From Eledone cirrhosa (Eukaryota): DNA of 64,000 nt. The position numbers were made by a program, and so were the translations under genes. Location: assembly GCA_964016885.1 (NCBI GenBank), contig OZ024740.1, forward strand, positions 336,536,001 to 336,600,000, written 5' to 3'. The notes under the pieces were generated by a model that saw nothing but the letters and a program-made list of their open reading frames with translations, was not told where the DNA came from and did not search any database. Positions 14,950-28,778 of this stretch are shown piece after piece (within the stretch, counting starts at the first letter, position 1; each line of letters opens with the position of its first letter).

Positions 14950-15410
14950 AAATGATTTAGAAGTCGACCTTAAGTAGGAGCAATAACATTAAGAAACCGC
15001 AACACTTTGTTTTGAACATTTTTAAAGTAGGTTTATAAGTATGAATTTTCATAAGATTTTCGTAGTTGTCTCTGTGGCCTAGCGGTATGTACGAGAGTCG
15101 GTGAGGGTCCTGGCCTTGGGTTCAATCCTGGTCAAGAGGTACATGTAACCTTTTTCAGTTTTTTTTATTTTACAACAAAAAATGAAAAGGTTTACTGGGA
15201 ACCCTACTCCGACCAGGATCGAACTTCAGACGAGGATCACCACCGTGTATGATTCCTCTAACTAGGCCACCAAGACAGCTACGAAAGTATAATGAAAATT
15301 GATAATTATAAACCTACTTTCAAATTCGAAGTTAAAAACATGTGGTGTCGTTCATGGCTTTCCTAAATATATTAGTCATATTTAGGGTCGTCTTCTGGTC
15401 ATTATTGAAA
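14950..15410. mobile_element. fold-back element with two convergent tRNA-like heads, copy 2
   Basis: AAAGTAGGTTTATAA ... TTATAAACCTACTTT inverted pair, plus outer arms AATGA-AGAAG-CGACC / GGTCG-CTTCT-TCATT. A and B boxes on both strands. Confidence 0.75.
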
Positions 15411-15617
15411 GTCTCTGGATTCACAAAATACATAATATTTATTTTTTATTGGAGAAGGTAAGATATTTTTCTGCAAAAATTTGATTGCACTGTTTTGTTT
15501 CCACTTATGTATTTTTCGAAAATGTTATTTATACATTATAAAAATTAAATGATAGCATTCTATATGTAGGTGGGCCCCCTTAATCTGGCAACCAATATTT
15601 TTAGATCTAGTCCGCCA

Positions 15618-15693
<76 letters not shown>

Positions 15694-15826
15694 ATGGAGT
15701 TATGTCCATAACTTCTATCGGTGCCCCTGAACCAATCTACTGCGAAACGCATGTAACAAGACGATACGCAATAAAAATCTAAATACATGTAAACGAAACT
15801 TCATCGTTCTTAATAATATATACATA

Positions 15827-15868
<42 letters not shown>

Positions 15869-16060
15869 TGTGTGTGTGTGTGTGTATGTGTGTGTGTGTG
15901 TGTGTGTAACACAACTGCATCAGTAGAAACCTATTTTCTAAAATATGGTGAGTGGAAAAACTTCAATCAATTGAGATTGTATATTGTTTTATTTAGACAT
16001 AGTTGTATTGGGTCCTTGAGCGCTCGGTCTTTGGGAGAATACCTTTTCCAATGTACAAAT

Positions 16061-16094
<34 letters not shown>

Positions 16095-16147
16095 TGTATG
16101 TATGTATGTATGTATGTATGTATGTATGTATGTATCTATCTATGTAT

Positions 16148-16530
16148 GGGTTGTGCTCACAGTTTTGATGAAATCATCAGTAGTTGGACATGTAATTTCT
16201 GTCAGCGTATACTCCTCTCAAAGGCTGGTTATGTTAATCACCTGAAATCACATGAAAGGATAACCACCCGCAACAGCACTCAACAAAGACCTGGCGAAAC
16301 AACATGCGTGATATTCAACAAAGGATGTAGAACTAGTTCCGGACTAAAAAAAAAATACATGGGGACACCACCTGTCCTGTGGAAAGCACAACTCTTTTCT
16401 GTTACCTGTGTCGTAAACCATGCAGATCTGCAGCTGGTCTACAAAGTCATCTACGAAGTGATGGGCGCAGATGGGATGATAACGAAGAATTAATAAGAGA
16501 CGGCAATCGTCTGTGAAGACGCTGCAATGT
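16148..16530 (+). mobile_element. probable LINE 3' end encoding three degenerate C2H2 zinc fingers, within (TATG)n
   Basis: CNFCQRILLSKAGYVNHLKSH, CVIFNKGCRTSSGLKK, then after a frameshift CYLCRKPCRSAAGLQSHLRS. No TGEKP linkers. Confidence 0.6.
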
Positions 16531-17459
16531 GTGTATATATATGTATGTGTGTACGCATTTATGTATGTATACATTTATATATATGTATTACGTATGTATG
16601 TACGTATGTATGTATGTACACATGCAGTTATATGTATGTACGTCTATATATACGTATGTTTGTGTTCGTGTGTGTGTGTGCGTGTATGTGTAAGTGTGTG
16701 CTTGTGCCACTGTGTATGTGTGTGCATGTGTGTGTGTGTGTGTGAGTGTGCGTATGTGCCTGTGTGCGTATGTGTGCCTGTGTGTGTGTTTGTATGTATA
16801 TGTATGTGTGCCTGCGTGTGTGTGTGCGTGTGTGTTCCTCTGTGTGTATTTATGTGTGTGTGGGTGTTTCTGTGTGCCTCTGTGTGGCGGGAGGGGGAGG
16901 TCTGTGTGTGTTGATTATTGCTAAGTTAGCGAGAATAGGATTCGCTATATTAGTTTTTCTCTGAACTAAACTGATAAAAATAGACTTGTGGCTCCTTAAG
17001 TTATGGTATAATCCAGCAATGTGCCAAGAGAAACGACTTTTTGCTGCTTAGCGAGACCCCATTAAAACATTTCATTTACATTTTGAGTTCTTCTGTTTCA
17101 AAAAGAAGCCGTAAAAGCAATAAACAGAATATATTCAAGATAATTTCAGTAAAAAAAATTAACGGTGGAAAACGTGGACAACTGTAACTAAGTATAGGCA
17201 TATATTCTATTTCATTGACGTTCTGTATTTGTTCTGACTTAAAATCAAAACTCTGATATGGTTTTTTTCCTCAAATTTCAGAGTTATCGGAGCATTTTTC
17301 GATTTCCAGTTGTAAAAATTATTCATAGATATAGTAAAACCTTTCTGGTAAATATACATAGAAAAGTTTATGGTGGCTTAGTAGTAAAAGAAAGTTTAAC
17401 ATTCAATATGTTAGATTAGTGTTCGAGTAAAATCTTCAATATCATTATTTTAAACTGGT

Positions 17460-17860
17460 AAAGGCGATGAATTGGCGGAATCGGTAGAGCGTCGGATAAA
17501 ATGCTTTGCATTATCTAGTTATGACTCTTTAAGTTCTGAGTTCAAATCCCGTCGAGGTTAGCTTTGCCTTTCATCCTTATGGGGTCGATAAAATAAAGTA
17601 CCAGTAATGCACTGGATCGATTTAATCGACTTTCTCCTTCCCTTCAAATTGCTCGCCTTGAGTCTAAATCAGAAACCATTATTTTAAACTAGTAAGAGGT
17701 GAATTGACAGAATCATTAGAGCGTCAGATAAAATGCATTGTAGTGTTTCAAATCCCGTCGGGGTTAACTTTGTCTATTATTTTTCCGGAGTCGATAAAAT
17801 AAATAATCGACTTTCCTCTTCTCCCAAATTGCTGCCATTGTGTCAATATTAGAAATAATT
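17460..17860 (+). mobile_element. two tandem SINE family A copies
   Basis: Copies at ~17460-17680 and ~17695-17860. CATTATTTTAAACT(G/A)GTAA flanks the first copy. Confidence 0.85.
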
Positions 17861-17899
17861 CTTTTCAACTAGTACATAACCTATTGTTTTATACAAGGA

Positions 17900-18740
17900 G
17901 TAAATGACATCTACACAGTGTTCCTATCTAGTCAACATCGACACAGTGTGTTTATTTCGTCAATATTTTCACATTGTGTCGACTTAGTTAATTATACTGT
18001 CTGTACAGTCATCATTTAGATGGTGTCTTTATCTAATCAATTAGCAGAGTCGTTAGAACGTCAAATAGAATGCTTTGCAGTATTCGTTTCGGCTCTCTGA
18101 ACCCTCTGAGGTCAAATCCCACCGAGGTCAATTTTGCCTTTCATCCTTTCGAGGTCGATGAAAAAGTACCAGTTTAGTACTGGAGTCGATTCTCCCTTAT
18201 ATCTCTTTCTCACTTCCTCTCTCTCTCTCTCTCTCACTCTCTATCCTCTCTGGAAGAAATCTGCTGCATTCAAACATGGAGAAGAGATGGGCTCCACCAG
18301 ATTTTAAAATGTCCTAGGAACGTCGTATGTTAATATGGCGCCCCTACGGCTCCTTCGGGTGTTACGGGACTATGCATGCAATCAACATCTACACACTGCA
18401 TCCATCTCGTCAACATCTATACACTGAGTCTATTTCGTCAACATCTATACACTATTTCATCAACATGTACATAATGTGTCAATGTAGTCAATATCTGCCA
18501 TATTGTTTGAGCAGTCAATATTTACACATGTCCATCTATTCAACATTTACACAGTGTCAATTTAGTCGACATCTATACACTGTGTCTATCTAGTCAACAT
18601 CTAAGCATTATGTCCATCTAGTCAACAGCAACACAGCGTGTCCATCTCGTCGATATCTTCACATTGTATTTGTATATATATCGTCAATATCTTCGCAAAG
18701 TGGCTATTTATTTACTCAATATATACGCTGTGTATAATAT
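17900..18740. repeat. degenerate ~28-bp tandem repeat (GTCAACATCTACACAGTGTGTCTATCTA) interrupted by a SINE
   Basis: GTCAACATCTA recurs throughout; the same motif array occurs at 45345-45630. Confidence 0.7.
18040..18378 (+). mobile_element. SINE family A subtype B (CT-rich linker and alternative 3' tail)
   Basis: Family A head and core, then GAAGAAAT...CTCCACCAG-TTT-AAATGTCC-AG-AACG-CGTATGT-AATA-GGCGCCCCTACG...GTTACGGGAC. Other copies at 32583, 39590, 44535, 46478, 48862. Confidence 0.85.
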
Positions 18741-19349
18741 TTGTCGAAAATGTATCCGAATTTATTTTTCCCGTGGAACGTAATGACGTTAAGGAGACAC
18801 AAATATACCGGGTGAAGTCACATACATGATTTTTGGTGAGCTTGCTGGATGCGTTAGTCGCTGTCAGGTAGTATATGCGTGAGATGCTGGTGGTAGTGGT
18901 GGTTGTGCTGCTGATACTCATGTTGCTACTGCTGCTGCTATTGCTGCTGCTACTCCTATTACTAATACTACTGTTGTTGGTGGTGCTGCTGCTGGTGTTG
19001 CTTCTATGTTGGTCGGCTGCTATTACTGTGGCTACCGCAACTGCTGCTGGTGAGGCTGTCACAAATATTTGATCAATGTTTCCCCAATTAGAAGAGAAAA
19101 GAATGAGCTTACTTTCTCATTAGGGTCTTACTTTAAATCTAAAACCCTTAATTTGAAATTAACTCTCTTAGATCCAATTAGATGTCTCTGGTTTCAAGCT
19201 AAAGACCACTAACTCTCGCGTAGGTCACAAACCTAATTAATACATTTCATAACATATATTTGTTTTTCTTAGCAAAAATAAATCAATTCTTCGTATTTGT
19301 ATTGTATAAATGTTCTTAACGTAATTCAATACACAGACACACATGTGTG

Positions 19350-19543
19350 TATACATATATATATAAATATACATATATATACATATATATATACATATAT
19401 ATATATACATATATACGTATATATACATATATATACAAATATATATATATATATATACAAATATATATATATATATACATATATACGTATATATACAAAT
19501 ATATATATATACAAATATATATATATATATATATATAATATAT

Positions 19544-19586
<43 letters not shown>

Positions 19587-19594
19587 TATATATA

Positions 19595-19663
<69 letters not shown>

Positions 19664-19705
19664 AAGAGCGAAAGAGAGAAATACATATATATATATATAT
19701 ATATT
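19350..19705. repeat. imperfect (TA)n microsatellite
   Basis: Seen directly. Confidence 0.97.
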
Positions 19706-21799
19706 ACACGTGATAACAACGGTTTATTAAATCATCCTATTGTTTAAACAACTCGGCTGCTTTTCTCCGATCAAATAAGGTTAATATACATTTTTTTTTT
19801 TTTATAATTGACTGCAAAAAAGCCATTATGATTAACGTTGTTGAAAAATTCCCTCCAATCAATATGAATTAGATTTGCAAGGAAATGGATTTTCAAAAGA
19901 AAATAAAAACACAAAAATATCTGAAAATATTACAAATGGATTTCCCGTGATTTATTTCAAGATTATTCACAGAAGAAAAAAAAACATTCCTTCCCTGTTG
20001 ATTTTGTTTGCTACAGAGTAATGTTAAGATGATATCTTGTTAATAAAGTGGATGGTTTTTACAGTTATTTATAAAGTTCTCATATGTTGTTGCTATTCAA
20101 TTTATTTCAAATAATGTTTGCACTGGAAAAAGCTGTGGCATTTTCATTTGTTCCTCGAATGAACTCAAGTGCAAAAAAAAAATCTAATATAAAGCATGAA
20201 GATAAATACCCAAAATCATCTTTAGTTGTGAGCTACACTCTTGGTGTAGGCATGGCTGTGTGGTTAAGCACTTCATTTTGTATCGACCGGATCCCTGGTT
20301 CAATCATCCTGTGAAGGGCCACAAAGAGAAACTTTGCAAAGTGGTACAAGACCCCTTTGGGGCCCAAAGCAGGCAAAGATTTTTTTTCAAAATGGATGTT
20401 GCATGGTTGCTGTGAGGCCATCTTAGCTCTTGGGTCCCAGAACGAAGTACCGGCTGACCCCCTCTCATCACTTTGGGCAAGTGTTTTCTAGCCAAAACCT
20501 TGTAAGTGAAATTTAGTTAACAGAATCTGTGTATTTCCAGTGGTAAACTTAATCCGTTGCCCGATTTAATACTACTTCGCTCTTGAATGCTTATAGTTGA
20601 ATCTGCCTTTTTTTAAATACTTCTGACTACCAGTCACGTTACTAAATCATTTAATAAAATACATGATGATCGTTACATCAAAGATTTGATCTTAAATAGC
20701 CTAAATTTCAAGACACTGATGTTACATCTGAGTGTGAATTCTTTCGTATTGTAGAAGTATACGTAGTAAGATTTCTTAACTAGTAAAAGCAGTCTTGGAT
20801 GTATACATATGATTATTGCCTTTGCATTGAGCTATGTTTAGAAATAATATTTTTTTGCTGTGTCTGGTGAATGAAATTTCGGATCATTTGTGGTGGGTGG
20901 GGTCTAACCACATGTACACCGCGTGGTTTTAAAGAGAGAGTGGAATGTTATCCTTAAAGGAAACGCCGTTGTGAGAAAGAAGTCACGCAATCAGATCTAA
21001 ACTCCCAAAAGTCTCTCCAAAGAAAATATTGGCACGACATGAATCATTGTCTTGTTAGATTAGAAACAAATATTTGAAAAAACTATTTTTAGAAAATATA
21101 GGATGAAAATAAAAGAGTCGACATTAAAGTCAAATGTTATGAAATGATTTCTATTGTAAAAGTTTGTGGAGCAGCTGACATCCTCCCTTCTTCCATGTCG
21201 TGACTGTTTAGAAATCTTTTGTTTCAGTACAGACATGATTCTATTGGTTGCTTTCCTCTGGCTGTGTGTGTGTGTTGTTGTCAGTGCAGTAATCTCAACA
21301 AACATTTATTTCAAATGCTAATTCAATTCATTTTTCATTGCTCAGCTTTGACAATTATCTTTTTTGATCGATCAATTGATAATAACATGTGATTTAAAAT
21401 CAATAGAAAATAATAATACCTTGCTGTGTATGCGATTCCTACCATCTTTGATGAAAACAATTCCTTTCTTCTTTGTTTTCTCCCAAGTTTACCTACGTAT
21501 TTAAGTATTTATAAAGAACTATAGATTCTAAATTTCCGGTATATTTTTCAATGAATATTCGTTATTAAAATATTAAAGGAAAGGCTGTTTTTATTAAGCA
21601 ATATGTTGATATCTAAAAATTGACTTCTTTTTACAGCTTCCAAAAAAATATAGTTCAATTCCGATTTTTCTTTATAGATTCAAAATTAGGAATTTATAGT
21701 TTGTTTTATTTCATTTTTATTCATTATCGTTTTATGACACCGTGTCGTGGTGTTATAAAGATATTAACAGTTGAAAGATTCATATTCCCCCTGAATAAT

Positions 21800-22145
21800 G
21801 GGTCATCCGTCAGTTTCGACGAGTAGCATTCAATTATTCGATCAACTAAACGCCCTACTCATTGATTTAACGTGTAGCTGAGTAATTCAGAGGCATGTGT
21901 ACCCTTAACGTAACTCCCGGGTCGAATCAGCATGACACAATATGTGACAGGACTAGATTTTTAATTTCAGGTGCATTCCATCCAACGGGCTTCCACACAG
22001 TTTCCGTCGACCAAGTTTCTCTTACAAGGCTTGGGTCAAACCGAGTCTATGATAAAGACACTTGTCGAAAATTCCACATAGTGGAATGGAATTCGGGACC
22101 TCGTTGTAACGAAGTAGACTTTTTGACCACTCAGCCATGCTTGCA
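21800..22145 (-). mobile_element. SINE family C
   Basis: CATGTGTACCCTTAACGTA...CCAACGGGCTTCCACACAGTTTCC...GACACTTG...ACCACTCAGCCATGC. Confidence 0.8.
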
Positions 22146-22599
22146 TCAACCTATTTGGATAACTCACCAGTCTATCGCATGTTTTCTCAGTGTAGATTTT
22201 AACTCAGTACTGCAAACTAACACCAGCATTTACTAAGGAGAAGTATGCCTCCCCCACCCCACTGTACATATTCTTATTTAGCTGAGTTGATGCTGTTGTT
22301 GTTTCTGTTTAACCCCAGAACAGTCCTGGTTGATCAGACTTATAATCAAAGACACTACAGTCGTTATTCCCTTGACACATATGTGGCGGTTCACACACTG
22401 AATTGTAGTTGCCTAACACATATAATGCGGTTCACGTTCTTACTTGTAATCATGCGATTGCCTGACAGGTATGGTACAGTTCATGGTCAAGTTTACGGTT
22501 CGTGTCCTGACAAAGTCACTTGGTTGTCTGACGTATGTGGTATGGTTCACACTTCACGTTTATATTTCAGCAGAAAAAAATTGTTTTTAATACTCCTCC

Positions 22600-23048
22600 T
22601 TTGACGCTAAACTCTACCAGTTGCAGACTGCGCATCAACATGAGATATTTTTCTCCACAAACTTCGACCACCAACAGCAGAGTTTAAAGAGTAAAGATCA
22701 AGTCCAGTTCATAGGTTGATATTATCAAGCCAACATTTTTGGCTGCCGGCCTCTGCTTCTCTTACCAGCCAACCTTCCTTCCAGGCATAACCTAATCACA
22801 CCACGAGTTGATCTTTTTATATGACCGTATAGTTTGAGTACTCTGGACTTAACAATTGATGTAATTGGTCTGGTAATGTTGAGCAGCTCACTGATACAGA
22901 TATGGTCGCTGAGCCACTTGCCAGTTATAAGTCTCATGATGGGGTTCTGGAATGTAGAGAGCTTCTGCAGTGACCTTGTCGTCCAATTAACACAGTCAAG
23001 ACCATATAACACAACTGGTAGGATGTAAGTATCGAATATCTTAGCCTA
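22600..23048 (-). mobile_element. RTE-type LINE ORF2 C-terminal fragment
   Basis: KIFDTYILPVVLYG...LKLYGHIKR...LEGRLAGKRSRGRQ. Confidence 0.8.
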
Positions 23049-24416
23049 ATAATGCTTGTATGGAGAATTAAAAATGTCAGGGGAAGAAATGTAGCATAAA
23101 TTAATCGAAAAACAGCATTTAGTAACGTAACAGTGCTAATAAAAATAATAAATATTTACAATCATGAAATATAGTATTGAAACTACGCCATCATCTCGAC
23201 TCAGCCCTAAATCAATTTAGTCATTATTTCAACTCAGCATCAACTCAATCACTAGCTCGACTCAGTCACACGCTCAATTCAACTACACGTTCAACTCAGC
23301 CTCATGCTCAATTCATTCTCACGCTCAGATAAGCCATTAACTCGACTCATCATTGTCTTGATTCCACCACTCGTTCCACTTCGCCACTTGTTCGACACAA
23401 CTTTAGCTCAATTTATCGAAGGGGAAATTGTGAATGAAATCTGATTTAACATAGGAAAACAAGAAACGATTTGAATTTCTGGACTTGCGAAGATTCTTTG
23501 CATAAATCATTGATAAAAGTTATAGTCGTTTTTCTTAATGCTACATAATTACTCTGCACCTAAGAACCATAATAGTATTTTCTATATAGAAATTCATCTT
23601 GAATATTCGATACAATACTGACTCAAATCTAAAGGTGTCATTCCTTATTTGATTATTATGTGGTTGTAACTAGTTTTAGTTTAGTTTTATTGAAAAATCT
23701 TTTCTCCATGGAAAACAAGATTTTAGTTTAGCATTTATCTCTGCAGACTTCGGGTGACTCGGTACATTTTAACGCCTTCTGCAATAGATACTACCCTAAC
23801 ATTGAGAAAGAAGTTTCATTTTTCATTTTCTTTTTGTTGATATCATTCTTAATGTTTTGCTCCTAGTGCTAATACTATAACAAACACAATCAAAGACAGA
23901 TACAGACTAAAAAAAAACATTATACAATTTTGCCTTAACCGGATTAAGAAATAGAGATAGTTCTATATTTCTAGTATTAAACTTTATTTTATTTTTATCT
24001 TTTGTCTTTCGCCTAAGATATGTGAGACTTTAATGCTGCTTTATGAATAAACAAATCCTCACATCAGCAGTGAATGAGCTAACGTGAAGTAATGAAAAGA
24101 AGAAAGAAAACATGTCAAGGTATAAAATTAGCTTTCATACATAAACTAATGAAGGTAACAAAACTGGCCTATTTGATCCTGGACCCAAGCTATCGAGAAG
24201 GTCCTGGCGGCAGGCTCGTACAAATCTGTTAATAGATTCAGATCAGATACAAAATCTAGACCTCCCACCCAAATATGTTCTGATTGGATGTGAAATTAGG
24301 CCCCTAAATCTGTTGATAGATTCAGACCAGATGTGAAACCTAGACCCACAAAGTTCATTATAGACCTAGGCCAGGTGTGAAATCTAGAGTGTGTATGCGT
24401 GATAGGGGGGGGGGTA

Positions 24417-24496
<80 letters not shown>

Positions 24497-24852
24497 CAGA
24501 CAGAGTACGGTGGAGGTGCCGACATTTTTTTAACCTATGCGGCACGAAATATATTGTTTATACTCAAATTATAAATTAATAAAATATTCTAGTCTCAGTC
24601 ATTTGTTTAATTTATTCGATGTATTTGGTTGCGTTCTATTTATGTAATTAAGAACTGTATATATTATTTTTGTATGTAAGTATTCATATATAAACACTTA
24701 AAATGCCATATCGATCTTCAATATTTGGTAATTGTTTCTAAGTATACATGTATATATACCGTGCATGGTGTACTTAGAAGTAAAAAAAATAAAATAGTAT
24801 AAAAGAACTAGAGCTTGACGTATGCCAATGGTGGAGGTCTACCTGTTTCTAT

Positions 24853-25055
24853 AATGGTTTCTAATTTAAGCACAAGGCCAACAGTTTTGGGAGCTGGAGG
24901 TGAAATGACCTCAGTACTTTAAATATATTTTACTTTATAGACCCCAGAAGGATAAAAGACAAATTTGGCCACGGCGGGATTTGAACTCAGAATGTAAAGT
25001 ATCGGAAGAAATATCACAAGGCGTTTCGTCCGACGCCCTTAGAAATCTGTCAATG
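24853..25055 (-). mobile_element. SINE family A
   Basis: Reverse B box GGGATTTGAACTCAG; tail GCACAAGGCC. Confidence 0.8.
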
Positions 25056-25129
25056 ACTCTATAATAACTAATGTTTCCCTCCACATTAAACTAACACCCC
25101 CCCCCCCTCCCCTATAATAGCTAATGTGT

Positions 25130-25485
25130 TCATTGACGTTACACGGATTGCTCCAATGATGTTCAGTTGTTCGATCAACTGGATGTCGAACTCGCTAAAT
25201 TAACGCGCAAGTGGCTGAGTATTCCACAGACATATGTACTCAACGTAATTCCCAACCGAATCAGTGTGACATAATTTATGAAAAGGCTGGCTTTTTTTTA
25301 ATTACAGATACAATCTATCTAACGGGCTTCCACACAGTTTCTGTCAACTCAATTTCATTCAAAAGACTTGTGTCGACTGGCGGCAATGATAAAGTTACTT
25401 GTTGACATTGTCACGCCGCGGTATCGAACCCGGGATCTCATCTCGTGATTGCAAAGCAAACTTCTTAACTATGCAGCCATACCTG
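25130..25485 (-). mobile_element. SINE family C
   Basis: Same body as 21800-22145; reverse B box TATCGAACCC. Confidence 0.8.
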
Positions 25486-25539
25486 AGTCTACACGCTACG
25501 TGAATACCTTTTCTAATAACTGTAGCGAACTCTTTATAG

Positions 25540-25734
25540 CAGACCTGCCAACCTCTAAAAACCCAGACAGGGAGTACCATGAAAAAAAGTGTCCCAAAAC
25601 GGGGAGAAATGAGGCAAAATGGGGAGATTTTACATAATGAAATCTATACCCATTTTCACAAAAGAAGACATCTCTCACCCACTCCAAAAGTTATTGCAAA
25701 TCTCCCCGTCGGACGGGGAGAGTTGACAGGTCTG
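25540..25734. mobile_element. MITE with TIRs CAGACCTGCCAAC / GTTGACAGGTCTG
   Basis: TIRs match at 12 of 13 positions; flanking direct repeat TTATAG (25534-25539, 25735-25740). Confidence 0.8.
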
Positions 25735-26008
25735 TTATAGCTAACTCCTTTATTTTCAACAAAACAATAACCATTTTGGTCATCTTGTCCAAATAACTAT
25801 TTTTAGAGCAAAATCTCGCCAAATGACCAAACACAGTATGAAGATGCCTTCATCTATAAAATAAGGAGCAGATAGCGGTTATTCTTTCGTTTGGTAACAG
25901 AAACTGATAGTAGTAGCCTGGCCGCAGTACAGTCGTTACGGTAATCTGCCAATATTTCTGTCTTACTTTCTCAGATTTTCCTTGCTTACATTTAGAATCT
26001 CTCTCTCT

Positions 26009-26041
<33 letters not shown>

Positions 26042-26043
26042 GT

Positions 26044-26078
<35 letters not shown>

Positions 26079-26904
26079 CATATCTACATATACATATGTC
26101 ATCACAAATCCACACTGTTTATTGTTCAATCGACAATTTTACTTCATCTAAACACAAACGTTCTGTAAGACACATTTTTTACTTCATCATCTTGTCATGG
26201 TTATCTTTTGTTAACGATGTGATTTCCATGAATTCTTCAAGGATTTAAAACGTAGTTTTCAAATCAAATATTTGACAAAATAAAGTTTATTTTAGACAAA
26301 CATATGCATTCGTTTTCTCTATTACCTATCAACATTGATTTGTGTCAGCTTATCGTCAAACCAAATAACGGGTATGGAATGAAGCTTTGCCGATGTCTCT
26401 TCCACGTGCTATCCACATGTTCTTGGGTATAACTTAGCTTATCCAAAATACATGAACGAATCATCCATCAAAACCTCATGACAACATTTCTACATACAAT
26501 GCAATCATCTTACATCCATTTGTTAAATAACTAATGTATAACTCCATAACAAACCACAGTGAACCAGAAAAGATACAAAACACAGCATTTTGTATCATCA
26601 TAAATTGTACACCGAGAAAATCTACCGAGAACATACATAAAATCTCATACACAAGGCAAAGCCAACGAGGTTCAACTCTACGTGGTTACTCAGTCTGCTA
26701 GAATTAGTAGCCAAATATCCTTCAAATTATATTCTACTGTTTTCAAAAGAGAGGAACACATTGAATGATGTAGTATTTGATACTCAATACCTGAGAGAAG
26801 GACGGTGAGGTCAAGACTGAAATGTCTTTCGTTATATATCTGTTCAACCAAGACTAACCTGAGGATAAAGAACAATACTATTAATACCATGTGTAATAAA
26901 AATA

Positions 26905-26943
26905 ACTACTGCTACTGCAACTACTACTACTACTGCTACTGCA

Positions 26944-26984
<41 letters not shown>

Positions 26985-27271
26985 GACGACGACGACGACG
27001 ACGACGATGATGACTACTACAACTACTAGTAACCATATCATTACAATAGATGCTATCTTTCGAGGTCGATAAAGAAAGTACCAGTCCAGTGCTGGTGCAA
27101 CCCTCTCTTATTCCAGCTGTCCTATCCTGCATGTTTCGTTGGATCAAGGGAGAGATAGAGAGTCGAGACGGTATCTGTACCTATTAGTGACTTAAATCTC
27201 TTAACCAAAGCATGGTAGATACTACCAACTCATACTCGATTGAAAGTGGCAACTGTAATTATATTTACTAT

Positions 27272-27337
<66 letters not shown>

Positions 27338-27605
27338 CAGTACCACTACTGTTGTTTTTGCTGTTGCTGCTACTACTGCTAGTGATGCTGCTGCTGCTGC
27401 TGCTACTACTACTACTACTACTACCACTACTACTACTACCACTACTACCACCACCACCACTACTACTACCACTACAACTACCACCACCACTACTACTACT
27501 ACAACTACTACTATTACTACTATTACTCCTAATGATGATCCTTCTAGTAGTAGTAGCAGTAGTAGTAGTAGTGTTTTTAACTACTTAAACTAACTACTAC
27601 TATTG
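26905..27605. repeat. compound trinucleotide microsatellites (TAC/GAC/CAC/TGC/TAG)
   Basis: Seen directly in two blocks (26905-27030, 27265-27605). Confidence 0.95.
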
Positions 27606-27852
27606 TACCCTTTGTAATTGATATTCTTGTTCCTTTGGGTGGGTTAAAAATCCCTTTTTTCCCCTCTATTCCATTCTCTCTCATAGTCGCCATTTCCCTA
27701 CGGCAGGCTCACTTTTTCCCTCGCATTCAGTCGATCAGAGACGACCAGACGACCAGCGATCTACAGTCAGTCAATCACTGAAAACAATTCCTACCACCCA
27801 CCACCACCACTTCTCTATCTTACTCCTCTTCCTCCTCCTCCTCCTCTTTCTT

Positions 27853-28778
<926 letters not shown>

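Noticed and set aside
15068-15140. bona fide tRNA gene
   Set aside because: A and B boxes are present but there is no convincing anticodon arm or full acceptor stem, and it lies in a duplicated palindrome. SINE heads were rejected for the same reason.
18712-19072. Ser/Thr-rich or poly-Leu ORFs as exons
   Set aside because: Degenerate CTG/GTG trinucleotide tract with no domain and no convincing splice sites.
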